NCBI RefSeq assembly: GCF_009914755.1
Contig: NC_060928.1
DNA from: the human T2T-CHM13v2.0 reference genome, Homo sapiens
Reading direction: 5' to 3' (one strand)
DNA: 64,000 nucleotides
Below the pieces are notes generated by a model. The model saw only the letters and a list, made by a program, of their open reading frames with translations. It did no database searches and was not told where the DNA came from. How positions within the stretch are numbered: position 1 is the first letter of the stretch; every line of letters starts with the position of its first letter. Both the position numbers and the translations under genes were made by a program. Positions 17,980-31,469 of the stretch are shown in pieces.

Positions 17980-18398
17980 TCTTAAAGCAAACTAAATATG
18001 GTCTGAGAATGACTCTGTATTTGAGTCCTTGTGGATGAACTGTAACCTAGCTTAACAGCCAGACAAAATTGACAACCTAACTTAGGAGTATGCACCTGTA
18101 ACAATAACCAAGTCTTAGCCAATCCCAGCGGCCATACTTCAACCACTCATAGACTGCTAAGTGTTCAAATTGTGTTCAAATAAGGCAAACGCCAAGCTGT
18201 AACTAATCCAACTGCTTCTGTACTTCACTGTTAATTTCTGTACATCATTTCCTTTTTTTTTTGTATATCATCCACCACGTGGCTGCGCTGGACTCGCTCT
18301 GAATCTGCTGTGATTCTGGGGGCTGCCCAATTCACAAATTGTTCATTACTCAATTAAACTCCTTTAAACTTAATTTGGCTGAAGTTTTTCTTTTACCA
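17980..18398 (+). mobile_element. MER57-type ERV1 solo LTR
   Basis: t(c)ttaaagcaaactaaatatgg...gaagtttttcttttacca; perfect 4-bp TSD CATT. Confidence 0.85.
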
Positions 18399-18769
18399 CA
18401 TTTATGAAGATGTGATAATAACATTAAGGGAACTAAAAAGTAAGAAGGGTCTGATGATTGTGTCTTTGATCTGCTGAAAGCAAGTTTTCTTCTCTTAAAC
18501 GGAGAACTATGTTAAGCTGAAAGCTCCTAATGCCCCCTAGATTTTATTCAGGTAAATGAACCATTACACTCCATAACATTCCAACCAATTTCTTAGGGAG
18601 TATATTCACTTGGAGTTAATGATAAGGAAAAAAAAAAAGTGTGAAGAGTTTCCAGAGTTGAATTCAGTTTTAACTTGCTATTCAAATTAATTTGCTTATG
18701 AAAAGCTCATAAAAAATACTCAAAGCAAGACAGAAATCTCAAAAGGTCAAGATTTTTAGTATATGTTAC

Positions 18770-18861
18770 CTTATCTTTTTACTGTTATTAATATTCACTA
18801 TAGAATCGACTTGATGGCCAAAAAAACTATACTCCAGAGACAAGGGGTTCAATAACAAGAA
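18770..18861 (-). pseudogene. Candidate pseudoexon, phase 0->2: FLLLNPLSLEYSFFGHQVDSIVNINNSKKI
   Basis: 92 bp open; acceptor acttcttatag; donor AAG|gtaaca; phase matches the 15908 exon. Confidence 0.5.
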
Positions 18862-18955
18862 CTATAAGAAGTCTTAAGAGACATCCCACTTTTTTCCCTC
18901 ACTTATGCTTTCCTTTTATTTTAGTGCCTGGAACAATGCTGACAAGAAAATCTGG

Positions 18956-19274
<319 letters not shown>

Positions 19275-19352
19275 AAGAAATCTGACAAGGAGTATTTGAT
19301 TCATATTCTTGAAACAAAGGCAAGGATTCTCAGATAAGTACATTTCTTTCAC

Positions 19353-19425
19353 AACACAACAAAAGCGACAGGTCCATGACTTGTGAAAAACTGCTGGTTC
19401 TTTTCTGACATAATCCAAAAGAGCT
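19353..19425 (-). pseudogene. Candidate pseudoexon, phase 2->0: ALLDYVRKEPAVFHKSWTCRFCCV
   Basis: Acceptor atattatttatag; weak donor |gtgaaa; within ORF 19200..19472. Confidence 0.38.
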
Positions 19426-19847
19426 CTATAAATAATATGTTCAGCAAATATGTGAATACTGTTTCTTAACACTGAGTGATGTTTTCACTCATTGTTTATT
19501 AAAATTGCCAAGCAAGTAAAGCAGGGTCAAGAAAATTGCAAACCTGGAAGGAACTCCCAGAAGGTTTAGGTGAACATTCAAAAGAACAAAATTGGAGCCA
19601 GAAGTTGCAAGACAAACCTTCGCTAAGCCTCTGTAAAGGGCAAGTTTCCTTGGATGCAGGTGAGAGTATGTGAAACTACTGGGCTAGTTTTTGGCTAAGT
19701 CTCAGGGTGAGGGTCTGGAAGGTGACAATCCACTTTATTAAAATTGCCTTTGACAGTTCTTATACTTCCACAGCAATTGCTCAGAATTAGAAGAGTCCCC
19801 TTGTGACATTAGGAAGGATAAGGATTAAGACGAAGACGTGGTATCAC

Positions 19848-19978
19848 TGCAGGGCATGGGCAAGGTCATATAATGTCCTATGTACTACATTCTGCTTCTG
19901 AAAGGTTGAGCTTCTCGACTCTCTTTTTTCCTTCACAGTCTGGTGTTGACAGCAACAGGACAGTTGGGGATATAAGGC
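19848..19978 (-). pseudogene. Candidate pseudoexon, phase 0->2: ALYPQLSCCCQHQTVKEKRESRSSTFQKQNVVHRTLYDLAHAL
   Basis: Acceptor aatttgttccag; weak donor |gtgata; reading frame not unique. Confidence 0.33.
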
Positions 19979-22191
19979 CTGGAACAAATTGCATTGACAT
20001 GAACTCAACGCAAACCACATGTTCACTACTGATTTTGAACTTTGTGTTCCTCAAAAGAAATCAAAGACATAATCTACTTTCTTCAACAATTAAATGAGCC
20101 TTTTGTCAGTATTTAAGAAGGCCCTCCCACCCTTAGAGGGAAAATGCTACCCCTTCACCACCTCCTCATTTTATAATGCTGTTTTCTTTGCCTACACTTT
20201 TGATGATTTTAAAAACATATTTTTTCTCTAATATATTTTAGTTTGTTATGATCAAATGATTTATAAAGATAAAAGTTGGTAACATTTGCTTCTAGATGTT
20301 ATTTCAAAACCATTTTACTTTAATCAGTATCAGTTTAGCCTATTATTTTCTTAAGTCTCAGAAATTATAAGAGTATCATCATACCCAACTAAGTTAAATT
20401 TAGGTTGGGTCAGACCTGGAAAATTTTTTTTTGATCACCAGGAAGATACTTATTAAAGTGACATTATGCTGTAAGTTTGCTACTTTACATGGAAGTGGCT
20501 TTGATTAAAATTATTTCTGAATTTTCTAGTGTGTTTTCTCCCATCCTATTCATATTTTAAATAACATTACATGGAATATTGTCTTCCCTCTCATCCTAGG
20601 TTCCTCGATCCTCAATCAACCTCAAAAATAAATAAATAAATAGAATTTTATAGGAATCAACTATATGGGTACTGGGGAAAGGACACACGCTCTGCTATTT
20701 TCCTCTGACTTTTATTTTCAAACATGCCTGCTCTCATCCACCAAGCTATTTTGCCTCCATTCCAAGCCTTTACCATGTACATTACTAAAGTTCTGTTTCC
20801 TCTTACCATGTAAAACATAGACACATAGGATAATAAATTACTTTCCTCATTGTTTCCTTAAGTAATACTGAAAACTACAAAGGTATTTAAGGCAGGGATT
20901 CATCTTTAAAGCACGTTACAAACCTAAGCTAATTTGCCATTGTAGTTCTGCAGAATGGCTATTATCCTCTCTTCACAAAGGGTAAGCCGAAAGGTTAAGT
21001 GAAGAGCTTAAGGCTACTGAATAAGTTAATACTCTTTCTCAGAGTAGATCACAGAAATGCCAGGTTCCTGCCTTTAAGCTCCAATTAGAAGATCACATTC
21101 ATAAAAATGACCCATTGAAAAGTCTGAATAAGAGCACATTTTATTGAAGGCACTTTCTCTTCTTTAAAAATAACTACATAAAATATGTACCTGAACTACT
21201 AAATTTTTCAATATAGTTTTCTGAACACGTTTATTGTAGAATACTCGAAATATATGAAAAATTTTTTTAAAAGCCACACACCATTCAGAGATAATCATAA
21301 TTAAACATTATGTAAATGTATATTTGCTGTACATAATTTTTCTATTTTACGAAGTTGAGGATATGCTTGAGTTGAGGTTTATACACTGCTTTTTTTCACT
21401 GAAATACGTGTGTGTGTGAATATATTTCCATGCCAATTGATTTTTTCCTAAATCATAGCAAAGGCAAAGTCTCAGAAATAAACAAAAAATAGGCAGACTA
21501 GAACCAAGGATACACATTGAGGACAAGAGCAAATGTTTGCATAAAAGGGAGTTTGGAACCAGAAACATGAAGGCTTTGAAAGCTGAACCAAGGAATTTGG
21601 ATTTGATGTTTTCACTCTCAAACGTGAATATCTCTACCTTTGAGTGCATAATTTCACCCAATGCTAAGAAATTAAAAACATGAAGGACAGCCATCACAGC
21701 AAACATTGATTGAGATCTTCCTATGTGCCAGGCACTCCCCACAAACCTCCAGGGGTGGGACCAGGTTCTGTGGGGCCTAAAGCTTATCCAGTTGAGATGG
21801 GGGAAGGGAGTACTTTCAGGAAAAAGAATACAAAATTACAAATACAACATTAAGTTTGAAAGTGAGAATTTATTTAGAATGAGAAAAGAAATAATATATT
21901 TTAAATTGTAAATAGCCGAAAAAACAGGTATGTGCATTTTACAGTATATAAATTATATCTCAAAACTAATTTTAAAAAGCCAACAAAACTACAAACATCC
22001 CAAAATCCAGAAAAAAGATGCAATATTTTGTACATACTTATGTAATAATCTTGTTGCCTTATTTTTTGGCTGTACTCTTTTTGATTGCTGTTTCCAATGA
22101 CAAAGATTTAGTGATACTGTTTTCCACAGAGACAAAAGAAAGATAATTTAGACTTTTCCCTATCATGATTGCTAGAAACTTGTTTTCATTA

Positions 22192-22649
22192 TGTCAAAAA
22201 ACAAAATTTAAACAAATTTTCAGTTTAGTAATCTAATTGGCTGTGATTAGTGATTCATGATTCAGGCAGAATCCAATCTATGAAATAGAAAGGCACTCCT
22301 CTGAGCTGGCAGAATAGTTGATTTTGTAAAGTATCTTGAGCAGGAACAAGGAAATAGCACAGTACAAAAAAGTGGATTGGTTAACATTAGGTTACTTCAG
22401 GTTGCTTTCCTAGTAAGGGTTAAAGCTTACTAGGGGGACTTCCTTATCATGCCAGCTTAAGTAGACGAGGTCCCTTTTCTATTGATTGTTGCGAATCTCC
22501 TATATTTTTTGAAAACTGGCTAGTTTTAAAGTTCGGTTTGATTCCGTGGCACTGAGCACACGTGACTCCATTCTGGTTTGGTCTGGTCTGTTGGACCTAG
22601 TGCAGGGTCTTAGTCCAAAACAATGACCAACTGTAAATTTTATTTAATA
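22192..22649 (-). mobile_element. ERV1 solo LTR (MER57/MER93-like) nested in the hAT element
   Basis: Minus strand tattaaataaaatttacag...cagaccagaccaaaccagaatggagtcac; near TSD atta/gtta. Confidence 0.7.
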
Positions 22650-22789
22650 GTTACTGACAGTTTAGAGAAGTAATTTTAGCATTACAAATAATTATTGGTA
22701 TGTCATATAAATATTTGGAATTTTTTGTCAAGTTTGAAGAAAGACCTACTTAAAAAATATTTATCAACTTCACTTCAGGGCATTTGAAG

Positions 22790-22791
<2 letters not shown>

Positions 22792-22824
<33 letters not shown>
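22792..22824. repeat. (TG)n microsatellite
   Basis: About 16 uninterrupted TG units. Confidence 0.95.
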
Positions 22825-22828
<4 letters not shown>

Positions 22829-24250
22829 CAGGAAGTAACCATATGTATTAAACTGACTGTTAGCCAGTTTGTTATAGATATTCTTGGTTGTAGTGGTGTT
22901 TATTGCGTTTTTTGTCACCTTTGTCACTGTCACTATTTAACACCCAATCAGCAAGAAATATAAATCCTTTTCCAGAGCGTACATGATTTACTTCTCTTCA
23001 TTAATTTGATTATCAAACAATCCAAGAGCCTGTTTATCCTAGTGTTCAAACCTTATCTCTTCCTTTTAATTTCTGTTTTTGAAATGATATTATGTATTTT
23101 TTGCTACAACTTGTTTCTAAACTTCAGAAAAATTTATGTTAATCTCCTTACTCATCAATACTTCTGTTTCATATTTCATTAATTTGTGGGCAAAATTTTA
23201 ATTACTTTTTAATAAATAAATTTAAAGATAACAAAAGAAGTATCCCCTTTATATATGTCCAAATTAGAAGTTCATAAATTTTCACTTGCTTTATTGAAAC
23301 ATTCCTAAATGTCTTTCCAACGTGCAGTTCAAATGACATATTAGAGCTTGATGAAATGTGACATATACATGAAAAAGAAAAAATTATGGTATACTTATAA
23401 TTGTATATTATATAATATATATAATTATGTATTATATATTATACATTATGGAGTAATGCATAATACCTATAGATTGGCTTCTGGTTGTGTGAATTTCAAA
23501 CCTAGTCCCTCCATCATTATAGACATACTTCACTGCTGGGCACTATAGAACATCCTCACATTATGACTGCCGGTCCTGCAATGTTTTGTCATGGTAGAGG
23601 TGGAGGTAGCTGTAGTCCTGAAATTATTTCTACACTAGGGACAGCTGGTGATGACTAAACCATGTAGGAAGTAGTGTGAGCCAGTAAAAATTTCCCCATA
23701 ACCATAGACTAAACGGATTTCCACCTTAGCTTCCTTTACTGAATCTCAAAAATGCCACGGATCACTCTAACCTCATCCAACCGGAGGGAACAGTGATGGA
23801 GGGCAAGTTGGATTAGAACCATCAATCTTATCCACAGAAACAATGCAGATAAAACATTCTACTTTTTAAAATTTTATAAAAAACATATAACCAAATGAAT
23901 AGATTTATACCAGCCCCGCCCTACCTCCCAGAGTCTTGGAAGACTCCTGTGGAATGAGAGGTTCTGAAGTTCAAACTTCATTAGTTTTATGGTAAATCTG
24001 CCTCTGATTAGTTCACTTACCCTTCATAGTAGCCCTATGAGAAAGCACTTTCATCATCTCCAGATGAGGGAATTCAGAATGTCAAGTGACTTGACCAAGG
24101 TCACATGGCTAGCAAAGGCTGGAACCAAGATTTAACCCCAAGTGGTTGAGTGTGGAACCCAAAACATATAATGAGACACCTACGATGGGCCAGAAGGTAT
24201 GTTGAGCTCCTTACATTCATGGTTTAATCTCCTAAGAATATTACATTATA

Positions 24251-24749
24251 CAAGTAACCCTTGAACAACATGGATTTGAATGTCACTGGTATAATTATAG
24301 GCAGATTTTTTTCATTAAAAGTTACACGAAGTGTGCCTGCCTCTCCTGCCTCCCCTTCTACCTCCTCCACCTCTACCAGCTCTGCCATTCCCTGAGACAG
24401 CAAGACCAACACTTCCTCTTACTCCTCCTCCTCAGCCTACTTGATGGGAAGACAATGAGCATAATGAGCTTTATGATTATCTACTTCCACTTTATGAATA
24501 GTAAATATATTTTTTCTTTCTTATAATTTTCTTAACATTTTCTTTCCCTAGCTTACTTTATTATAAGAACACAGTACATGATACATATACCATGAAAAAT
24601 ATGTATTAATTCAACGGTTTATGTTATTGATAAGGATTCAGATCAACAGTAGGCTATTAGTAGTTAAGTTTGGGGGGAGTTATATGTGGATTTTTGACTG
24701 CATGGGAGAGTTAATGCCCCTAACCTCCATGTTGTTCAAGTGTCAACTG
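24251..24749 (+). mobile_element. Tigger2a/MER28-type TcMar DNA transposon
   Basis: TIRs caagtaacccttgaacaacatgg / ccatgttgttcaagtgtcaactg; TA target site on the left; interrupts a MIR. Confidence 0.85.
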
Positions 24750-25189
24750 TGGGTATTACTATTATCTGTTCAAGGTCACCTAGCTGATGATGAGTGGAAT
24801 GGGATTCAAATGCTAGTCTGTTTACAGAGCCTGAGCACTCAACCACTTCAGTACACTGCCCCAAACACTGTCCTTACATCACGGTGATTATATGGGTATA
24901 TCATGAAGTAAAGTGGAGATTTCATTCTTAAACACTTTTTAAATGAATTTTGTCTTAAAACAAAATAAGAGAAATAATGTTTGCATTTGCAGAGAGTTCC
25001 TTGGGCTAGGCTTTTGAACCTCTTATAAGAGATATGCACATACTTTTCCTGATTTGGTGTACTTTCAGGAAAGTTAACATAGACAATATGAGCATTGTGG
25101 ATTTTTGCATAGAGTGTGGCCTGAAAAAAAAATAATTGTTTTAAGACAGTTATAAGAAAAGTTTGGGCTTGGAGGAAAATAACTAAATT

Positions 25190-25990
25190 AGAGTAGAATT
25201 GAAGTGGCAGAGGAGAGTCAAAAGGCAAGATACATGTTGAAGAGAAAAAAATTGGTGAAAGACAATATGAAAGACAAGAGTTCAAAAATAAAATGGAACA
25301 GAAACTAGAGGGTGGGATAAGAATAAGTTTTTTGAGGGAGAGGAAGATAAATTCAGTTTTGGAAATGAATTAGCATGGAGTCTTTTGACCTGCATGAAAC
25401 TTTTGAGATCATCTAGGATGATCCCTAAATCCAATTTCCTTATTTGATTGTGGAGAGATACTGAGACCTAGACAGTGAAATGACTTATTCAAAGTTATCG
25501 AGTGGTAAGAGTTAGAGCCAGATCTTAAGCTATAGTGGTGTTCAGGTAATATTAAAAACTGTCAGGACAAATGTCCTGTTGAAACTTAGGAAATGAGGAC
25601 CTGAAGTGCAGGCAAAAGACAAGAAATTTCATATTTATTTAGGAATTATTTTAAGAGATGTTGGTCAAAATTCTGCAATTAGATAAGATCATCAAAGTTG
25701 AGAGTTCATAAAAGGATGAACAGATGTACTCAGACACAAGTGGGTACAAAATTAAGGTAGGGGATGAAACCAGAGTATTGGGCAAGAGGAGGCAGTGTCA
25801 GTAAGGGGATAGAAGAGTGAGACTCAACAAAACAAAGAAGAAACTTAAACAGTGGAGAGAACTAGAAGTTAAGCCAAGGAAAGAAATTTTAAGATGGTCT
25901 GGGAAGTCCAAAGAGCCAAATGCCTAGGAAAAATCAAAGATGAGGACTGAGAAAGAACCGTCTGAATTTTTCAAGAAGTAGTGAGAGCTG
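25190..25990 (-). mobile_element. Degenerate L2 with embedded MIR (about 25385-25530)
   Basis: Purine-rich L2 antisense signature ('gaggagagtcaa', 'aaattcagttttgga'); MIR core 'actgagacctagacagtgaaatgacttattcaaagt'. Confidence 0.5.
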
Positions 25991-26003
25991 TTATAATTTT
26001 GCT

Positions 26004-26006
<3 letters not shown>

Positions 26007-26034
<28 letters not shown>

Positions 26035-26317
26035 CTGATGGAGCCTGGCTCTGTTGCCTAGGCTGGAGTGCAGTGGCGCAATCTCGGCTCACACTGCGAG
26101 CTCTGCCTCCCAGGTTCATGCCATTCTCCTGCCTCAGCCTCCCAAGTAGCTGGCACTACAGGTGCCCACCACCATGCCCAGCTAATTTTTTGTATTTTCA
26201 GTAGAGATGGGGTTTCACCATGTTAGGCAGGATGGTTTCGATCTCCTGACCTTGTGATCCGCCCACCTCGGCCTCCCAAAGTGCTGAGATTACAGGCGTG
26301 AGCCACCGCGCCCGGCC
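26007..26317 (-). mobile_element. AluY
   Basis: 'ttcatgccattctcc', 'gatggtttcgatctcctgacc'; TSD aattttgcta(g/t)gtttt. Confidence 0.93.
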
Positions 26318-26402
26318 AATTTTGCTATGTTTTTAAGAGTTGAAGAGAAAGGAATTTGAGAACCTATGTGCCAGAAATTATGATAGGGATGTTCATGCAA
26401 AT

Positions 26403-26586
26403 ATTTATTTATTTATTTATTTATTTATTGAGACAGGATCTTTCTGTGTTGCCCTGGTTGGAATGTGTGGCTATATTCACCGGCACTATTGTAGCATACT
26501 GCAGCCTTGAACTCCTGGCCTCCAGCAATCCTCTGCCTCAGCCTCCCAAGCAGCTGGGACTACAGGTACATGCTACCATACCCGTC
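26403..26586 (-). mobile_element. FAM (fossil Alu monomer)
   Basis: Retains 7SL-derived 'ggctatattcaccggcactattgtagcatactgcagcc'; TSD catgcaaa. Confidence 0.75.
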
Positions 26587-27188
26587 CATGCAAACTTTTA
26601 AATACCTTATCAGTCTTTAAATTTCCCACTTCTTTAACATTTTTGTTTCAATTTCAAGAGATGTGCAGGAAGTATTTTCAATAGATATGCTTAATGTGAG
26701 GCTAGCAGTGAGAACAACACAATCTTCGGTTCTTTGAGGGCAGGGACTGTTTTGTCTTTGTCCAACACACAACTAGGTATATACTAGGACCCTAGTGAAT
26801 AGAAAATAAATAAAATGTGCCTGGTTAGTAATGGAGCGGTTAGTGACAGAATATTTGATTTCTTGGCTTGCTGACCCCTGGCACTTCATTTAGCACCTTC
26901 TTTAGGACAGCCACTGAAGTTGAAATCAGTATTTAAATGTTCTGTATACAGAGTACCAGAAAATACTACGAGATTCTGGGATGAAAATAGTCTGTTAAGC
27001 TATGTAATGAAATGCATTAAGTCTGTCTTCTCAGCTTCTTCTTCCATATGGTAGCTATTTGGTTTGGGTGAACTTAACTCCAAACTCCGAGAGTGAATCC
27101 TGATTGATAAATCAGTGAGGTTAATTACATCTCCTTTGCCACAGGGAAGCTAACTCGTGCTTAGGCCAGCTGAGTGCAAGACATTTGC

Positions 27189-27377
27189 CTGGTCATAGAG
27201 ATTATTTAAGAAATGGTCTTATCAGTAAAAAGTCAGGCATTTTCTGGGAATTCAGGCATCTCTTTATCCTCCTTTTCGGATTATGATTCATGTTATAAGT
27301 CAACAATCACAACTTGCCTGCTTGATGCTTCCTTTTGTGGCTCCATTTTCCTAAAACTTAAGCCAGTAAACAGTATC
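27189..27377 (-). pseudogene. Candidate pseudoexon (frame and donor uncertain)
   Basis: Very strong acceptor tttctctcctgtccttttttccag; GC-type donors CAG|gcaagt (27318) or CAG|gcaaat (27189). Confidence 0.33.
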
Positions 27378-28341
27378 CTGGAAAAAAGGACAGGAGAGAA
27401 AGTGATCCTTTTAGACTGGGACGGGAAAGGTGATCTGTGGGGCACAGGAGAACTACGCTTTGCTCTCTAAAGAGCCTCTGGAAGGAATGGCTACACAGTA
27501 CACTGAGAGAGGCCAGTCTGAGCCACTAGAATTTGACCGAAAAAAACGTCAATACCAAGGGTGGCACAGCAGGATCAGAATGATCCATCCTGTTGGATCC
27601 TTTTACACTACAACCCTGTGTGTATCATCAGTAACTAGTATAGAAAAATGAACCAGCAGTGACCCATAGGACCTCTCTGATATGTCTGAACTTATATGAA
27701 AGTCTAGGGCCTTTGAATAGCTTTGCTCAGGGAATCCTAGTGAAGACTGAAGCTGAATTATCTCCCAGCTTGACCTTAAAGAAAATAGAGAAATACAATT
27801 TTTGATTTTGCTTACCTGAATTTGGGAACTAAGAATCACACTGCCTTAGTGATCTCCTATATTATGATAAAATCTATAACAACTAACATGCAATGGCTTA
27901 AATATAGAAGTGCCCAACACATGTATGATGAATGGATGGATGAAAGGATAGCATTTTAAAAACTAGATTTGACAGCTAGTGCTATAACAGAGGCTATAAT
28001 AGTCCCCCAGTGAACAACTTCGAGAATAATGAGCAATAATCAGAGATCATCCAGACTCTAAATAGGTCTGTAAGAATCAAACCTAGGTGGGTTATTTTTC
28101 AGTTGTACTAAATATTATTAAAGTATATAAGCTTGGCATTAGCCTACATCTGGGTCACTGAGGCCAAACAAAACTGATAGAAAAGAAAACAAGAGAACAC
28201 CAAGCTTCACAGAGCTCTCCACGATTTGAGTTAGAGCTGTCTGCTTTGTCATCCAAGCACAACAGAAGTGCAGGTGCAGGCAAGAGGATAGCAGTCAGTA
28301 AAAGAGCCCATGTGACCTTGAAAGTCACAGAATTTATTCAC

Positions 28342-28611
28342 TGCGTAGAACAGTTAAATAAGTGATTGAGTGGCTCTAGTGTGTTTTAGAAGTCTTGGCT
28401 TATTTTCCCCAGTGTTAGGATTGTCCTCTTGGAAAACCCTATAAATTAGGTTTTGATCTAGAGACTATGGTCTATCAGTAAACTCCCCAAATTTGGCAGT
28501 AAAACAATACAGCAAATTCATTATGAATTCCTGAAGGAGTTTTAACAGTCTTAAGTGTTTTTGTAACGCTATTGAACAGGACACAAAGTTTATATTCTGC
28601 GTTGAATTTTT
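28342..28611 (-). pseudogene. Candidate pseudoexon, phase 0: KNSTQNINFVSCSIALQKHLRLLKLLQEFIMNLLYCFTAKFGEFTDRP*SLDQNLIYRVFQEDNPNTGENKPRLLKHTRATQSLI*LFYA
   Basis: Acceptor ttctgtgcttacag; 90 codons with 2 stops; donor |gtgaat or slightly further on. Confidence 0.5.
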
Positions 28612-29587
28612 CTGTAAGCACAGAAGTGTGTCTATTGTAGAACTGAAGTTTCCTAATTGATCCATGCTAATTGACTCATATTCAATGTGAAGTGTTGTAT
28701 TTGGATCACTTAATCTTTATTAAATTTTATTGGAAAAATGACAAATAGCTACATAGGATGGTTATAATTAGTAAGAGACCATGTTCAATTTAACTGCCAG
28801 GGAGGTAATACTGACACAAAGATGGACACATTCTGAGTGTTTTTATAACTATCAGTACATTGTAAAAATAGATCAAACATGTACTTTATGTAAAAAAAAA
28901 AATTATTTCATACTTTTGCAGTTCTCTTGTTCATATGATAAAGTATCATACAAAATTGACCCCAAGACATATTTCTTTTGATGACAGATGAAGTACAGAG
29001 TCACTGCATATTGACAGAAAGAAATACTTTGAAAATATATGCCTCCACAACAACTTTGGGGTGGTTGATAAATGTAAAAAGAACTGACATTGAAAAGCAA
29101 GCTTATAGGCTGCACAGTGTTAAGGACTACTTTTCATTTCCCTGGGTCCATGGGGAATATGTCAACAAATTGTATGTGTCTTCCATTGGAATGGTGTGTT
29201 TTTTAATCAAATAGGCACATGTCTATTCAGCTATTTGCCTCTAAACCATCTTTGTGCCATTCTTCTCCATTACTTATAAAGTTCAAGAGATAAAGGTGAC
29301 AGAACAAAAGTACAAGAACAGGAAAAATTGTATTATGACAGCAGAACTAGTTCTAATGGATCATTTGGCAGGGCTGCCCAGTGTGCTTTGAGTGTGGACT
29401 TTAAAATTGTCATTTAATAGGGGAAATGACAAAGAGAAAGGAGAGACACATAGATATATTTTCCTCCTGTAACCTTGCTTACAAAATTTGTCAAGGGCCA
29501 AGGACTTAAGGTCACATTGCCTCTATTTTCCTTGATGTCACTTCCCCCCCTCTTTTTCCATGGTAATAGAGGAAAGCTTGAACTCAC

Positions 29588-29691
29588 CCAGAATGCTGCG
29601 AATGTCTCAGAACAGGGTAAAGTCATCTTGGCAAAAGAGCAACAGTTCTCACTTTTTAATGTTCTTTCTGTTATGACCTGACTGAGAGTTC
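29588..29691 (-). pseudogene. Candidate pseudoexon: TLSQVITERTLKSENCCSFAKMTLPCSETFAAFW (alternative frame NSQSGHNRKNIKK*ELLLFCQDDFTLF*DIRSIL)
   Basis: Acceptor gagtttcag; consensus donor TGG|gtgagt. Confidence 0.5.
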
Positions 29692-30042
29692 CTGAAACTC
29701 TTACAAGTCATGCCAGGCCATTATGTTTTCTACTTTCCTTTACTAGAGTCATCCTCTTCAAAAGCACCCTATGGGTTGAGACATCACCCAAATTATTATC
29801 CAAGTTATCCCTGAAAGGAATATATTCATATACAACAATAATGTGACATAGCAGAAGATCTTCCTATAGTCACTAACAGTGTCCTAGTAGCAAGAAGATG
29901 AAAGACTTCAAGTCATCTTTAAGAGCCTCATTTTATTATGTGCCTGGGTTTGTCTCAGGTCCTATAGTTCAATAGTAAGTGCTCTTATTCCACTGAATTC
30001 TCCTTAACTGCCTCCACTTTTCATCCTGCATTCCTTTACCTA

Positions 30043-30320
30043 TGATGGGCTTCAGGACACACAACCCCACAATATGGCACCTTGGTATTTGAGGAAACAG
30101 CAGAAATCAGTCATAGACACTGGAAAGAATTCTCTTCACCCTTTCTCCCCTGAAGTGAGGCTTAAAAGCTAGGTGACTTTCCCCCAGAATGGGTCATAAG
30201 ATGCCATTCCAGAGATGTCTTCCCTGTACCAAGAGGAAAGGAATGTTTTTACCTCTGAAGACACAGAGACACAGAGATGAATCTGAACAAACAGGCCTTG
30301 CTCAGTTCCCCTAGCTTATC
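30043..30320 (+). mobile_element. MER34-family ERV1 LTR, 5' fragment
   Basis: tgatgggcttcaggacacacaaccccacaatatggcaccttgg...aatctgaacaaacaggccttgct. Confidence 0.7.
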
Positions 30321-30835
30321 AAATGCCAGATAAAGAATATTGATTACCCTAAAAGGAATTTAAATTTTTTATTGTTAAGTAATTTAAAATATTATTTTAA
30401 AATAAAGATATTTGTACTATGATATAGAAAGTGCAACTAACCTATATGTTAATGATCAAACAAGAGATTTTAGATTTTTTGTTATTATAATGAACCCCAC
30501 TTTGGGTATGTCTATAGATTCTCCCCAGAGTGGACTTATTTGATAGGATATGCTTATGGAAGTAGTACCTCTGTTGTGGACAGAATGCATAGACAGATGA
30601 GGCTGTGGGTAAATGAGATAATGTTAAGTGCTTCACACTGTGCTTGGTGCATACCAAAAACTTGGTTAAGCCTAATCATTGCTGCCACTACTACTACTGT
30701 TACCACCATCATCATCACTGTCCTTACTATTATTATAGTAGAAGAAATTACTTTCAGGGTGGGTTTTAGCACCTTAAGTTTGGTAATTCTCTCACTCTCC
30801 ACTGAGGGAAAAATTTCCATTGTCTTTTAGATCAC

Positions 30836-30917
30836 CCATCCACTTCTTGTAATAGTTTATGTCTGTTGCAGATGAAGACAATGGGAGTAAATAGAATGTA
30901 GGTGATGTCGTTTCACC
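30836..30917 (-). pseudogene. Candidate pseudoexon, phase 0: GETTSPTFYLLPLSSSATDINYYKKWM (may extend open to 30796)
   Basis: Acceptor tgtacctttccaagtttag; donors |gtgatc (30836) or |gtgaga (30796). Confidence 0.48.
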
Positions 30918-31053
30918 CTAAACTTGGAAAGGTACAAATAAATATTATCTTAAATTTTCAGGAAAGAAAGAGAATTTCCCTTAATAAACACATCCAGAAA
31001 ATTAAAATCAAGTAAACACATGTGGTTGTGGCCTGAAAATGTGTCCACCTTAC

Positions 31054-31125
31054 CATTAAAAATTGTAGGTATGTGTACAAGATTCTCTATACTTATAGAT
31101 ATCGCTGACAAAAGTGAAGTTGTTT
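31054..31125 (-). pseudogene. Candidate pseudoexon, 72 bp (phase 0: KQLHFCQRYL*V*RILYTYLQFLM)
   Basis: Acceptor ttttatatcttatatttatatcag; donor ATG|gtaagg. Confidence 0.52.
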
Positions 31126-31301
31126 CTGATATAAATATAAGATATAAAATTGGATTCCAGAACTGTCTTTGCTTTAAAAAAATCCATGACATTAAATAAA
31201 AGTATTTTGAATAACTCATTTATTTAATCAACATTTTTTATGTTTTAATGAAGTTAAATCTATCTTAGATAATGGCAAATGCTTTTTATTGAAAACTGTA
31301 C

Positions 31302-31469
31302 CTTTTACTTTTGCAACATAAATACTTCTTCACCAGTACAGAATTGCTCCAAGTTCCTTGGTCTTCTACGCTCTTGTGAGGAGGTACCATTTTGTTTTTA
31401 TAAATGGCCAGTGGAAAATGGCTTTTGACTATCATCCAATAAATTAACTTGTGAGGATGACTTAGGTGT
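31302..31469 (-). pseudogene. Candidate pseudoexon, 168 bp (phase 0 TPKSSSQVNLLDD...RRPRNLEQFCTGEEVFMLQK*K; phase 2 fully open)
   Basis: Acceptor ttatttatttggcttgcggcag; donor AAG|gtacag; length is a multiple of 3. Confidence 0.5.

Larger units (their letters stand above)
21750..24006 (+). mobile_element. hAT-Tip100 DNA transposon (Zaphod/MER115-like), internally deleted, inserted in a MIR
   Basis: Ends caggggtgggaccaggttctgtggggcctaaagctta... and ...cttcattagttttatggtaaatctgcctctg; MIR sequence before (21696-21740) resumes after (24007-24145). Confidence 0.7.

Noticed and set aside
24224-24412. Acidic ORF (ELVEVEEVEGEAGEAG)
   Set aside because: Lies within the Tigger2a body.
30540-30830. 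Thr/Ile-rich hydrophobic ORFs on both strands
   Set aside because: MIR tail with decayed trinucleotide repeats.
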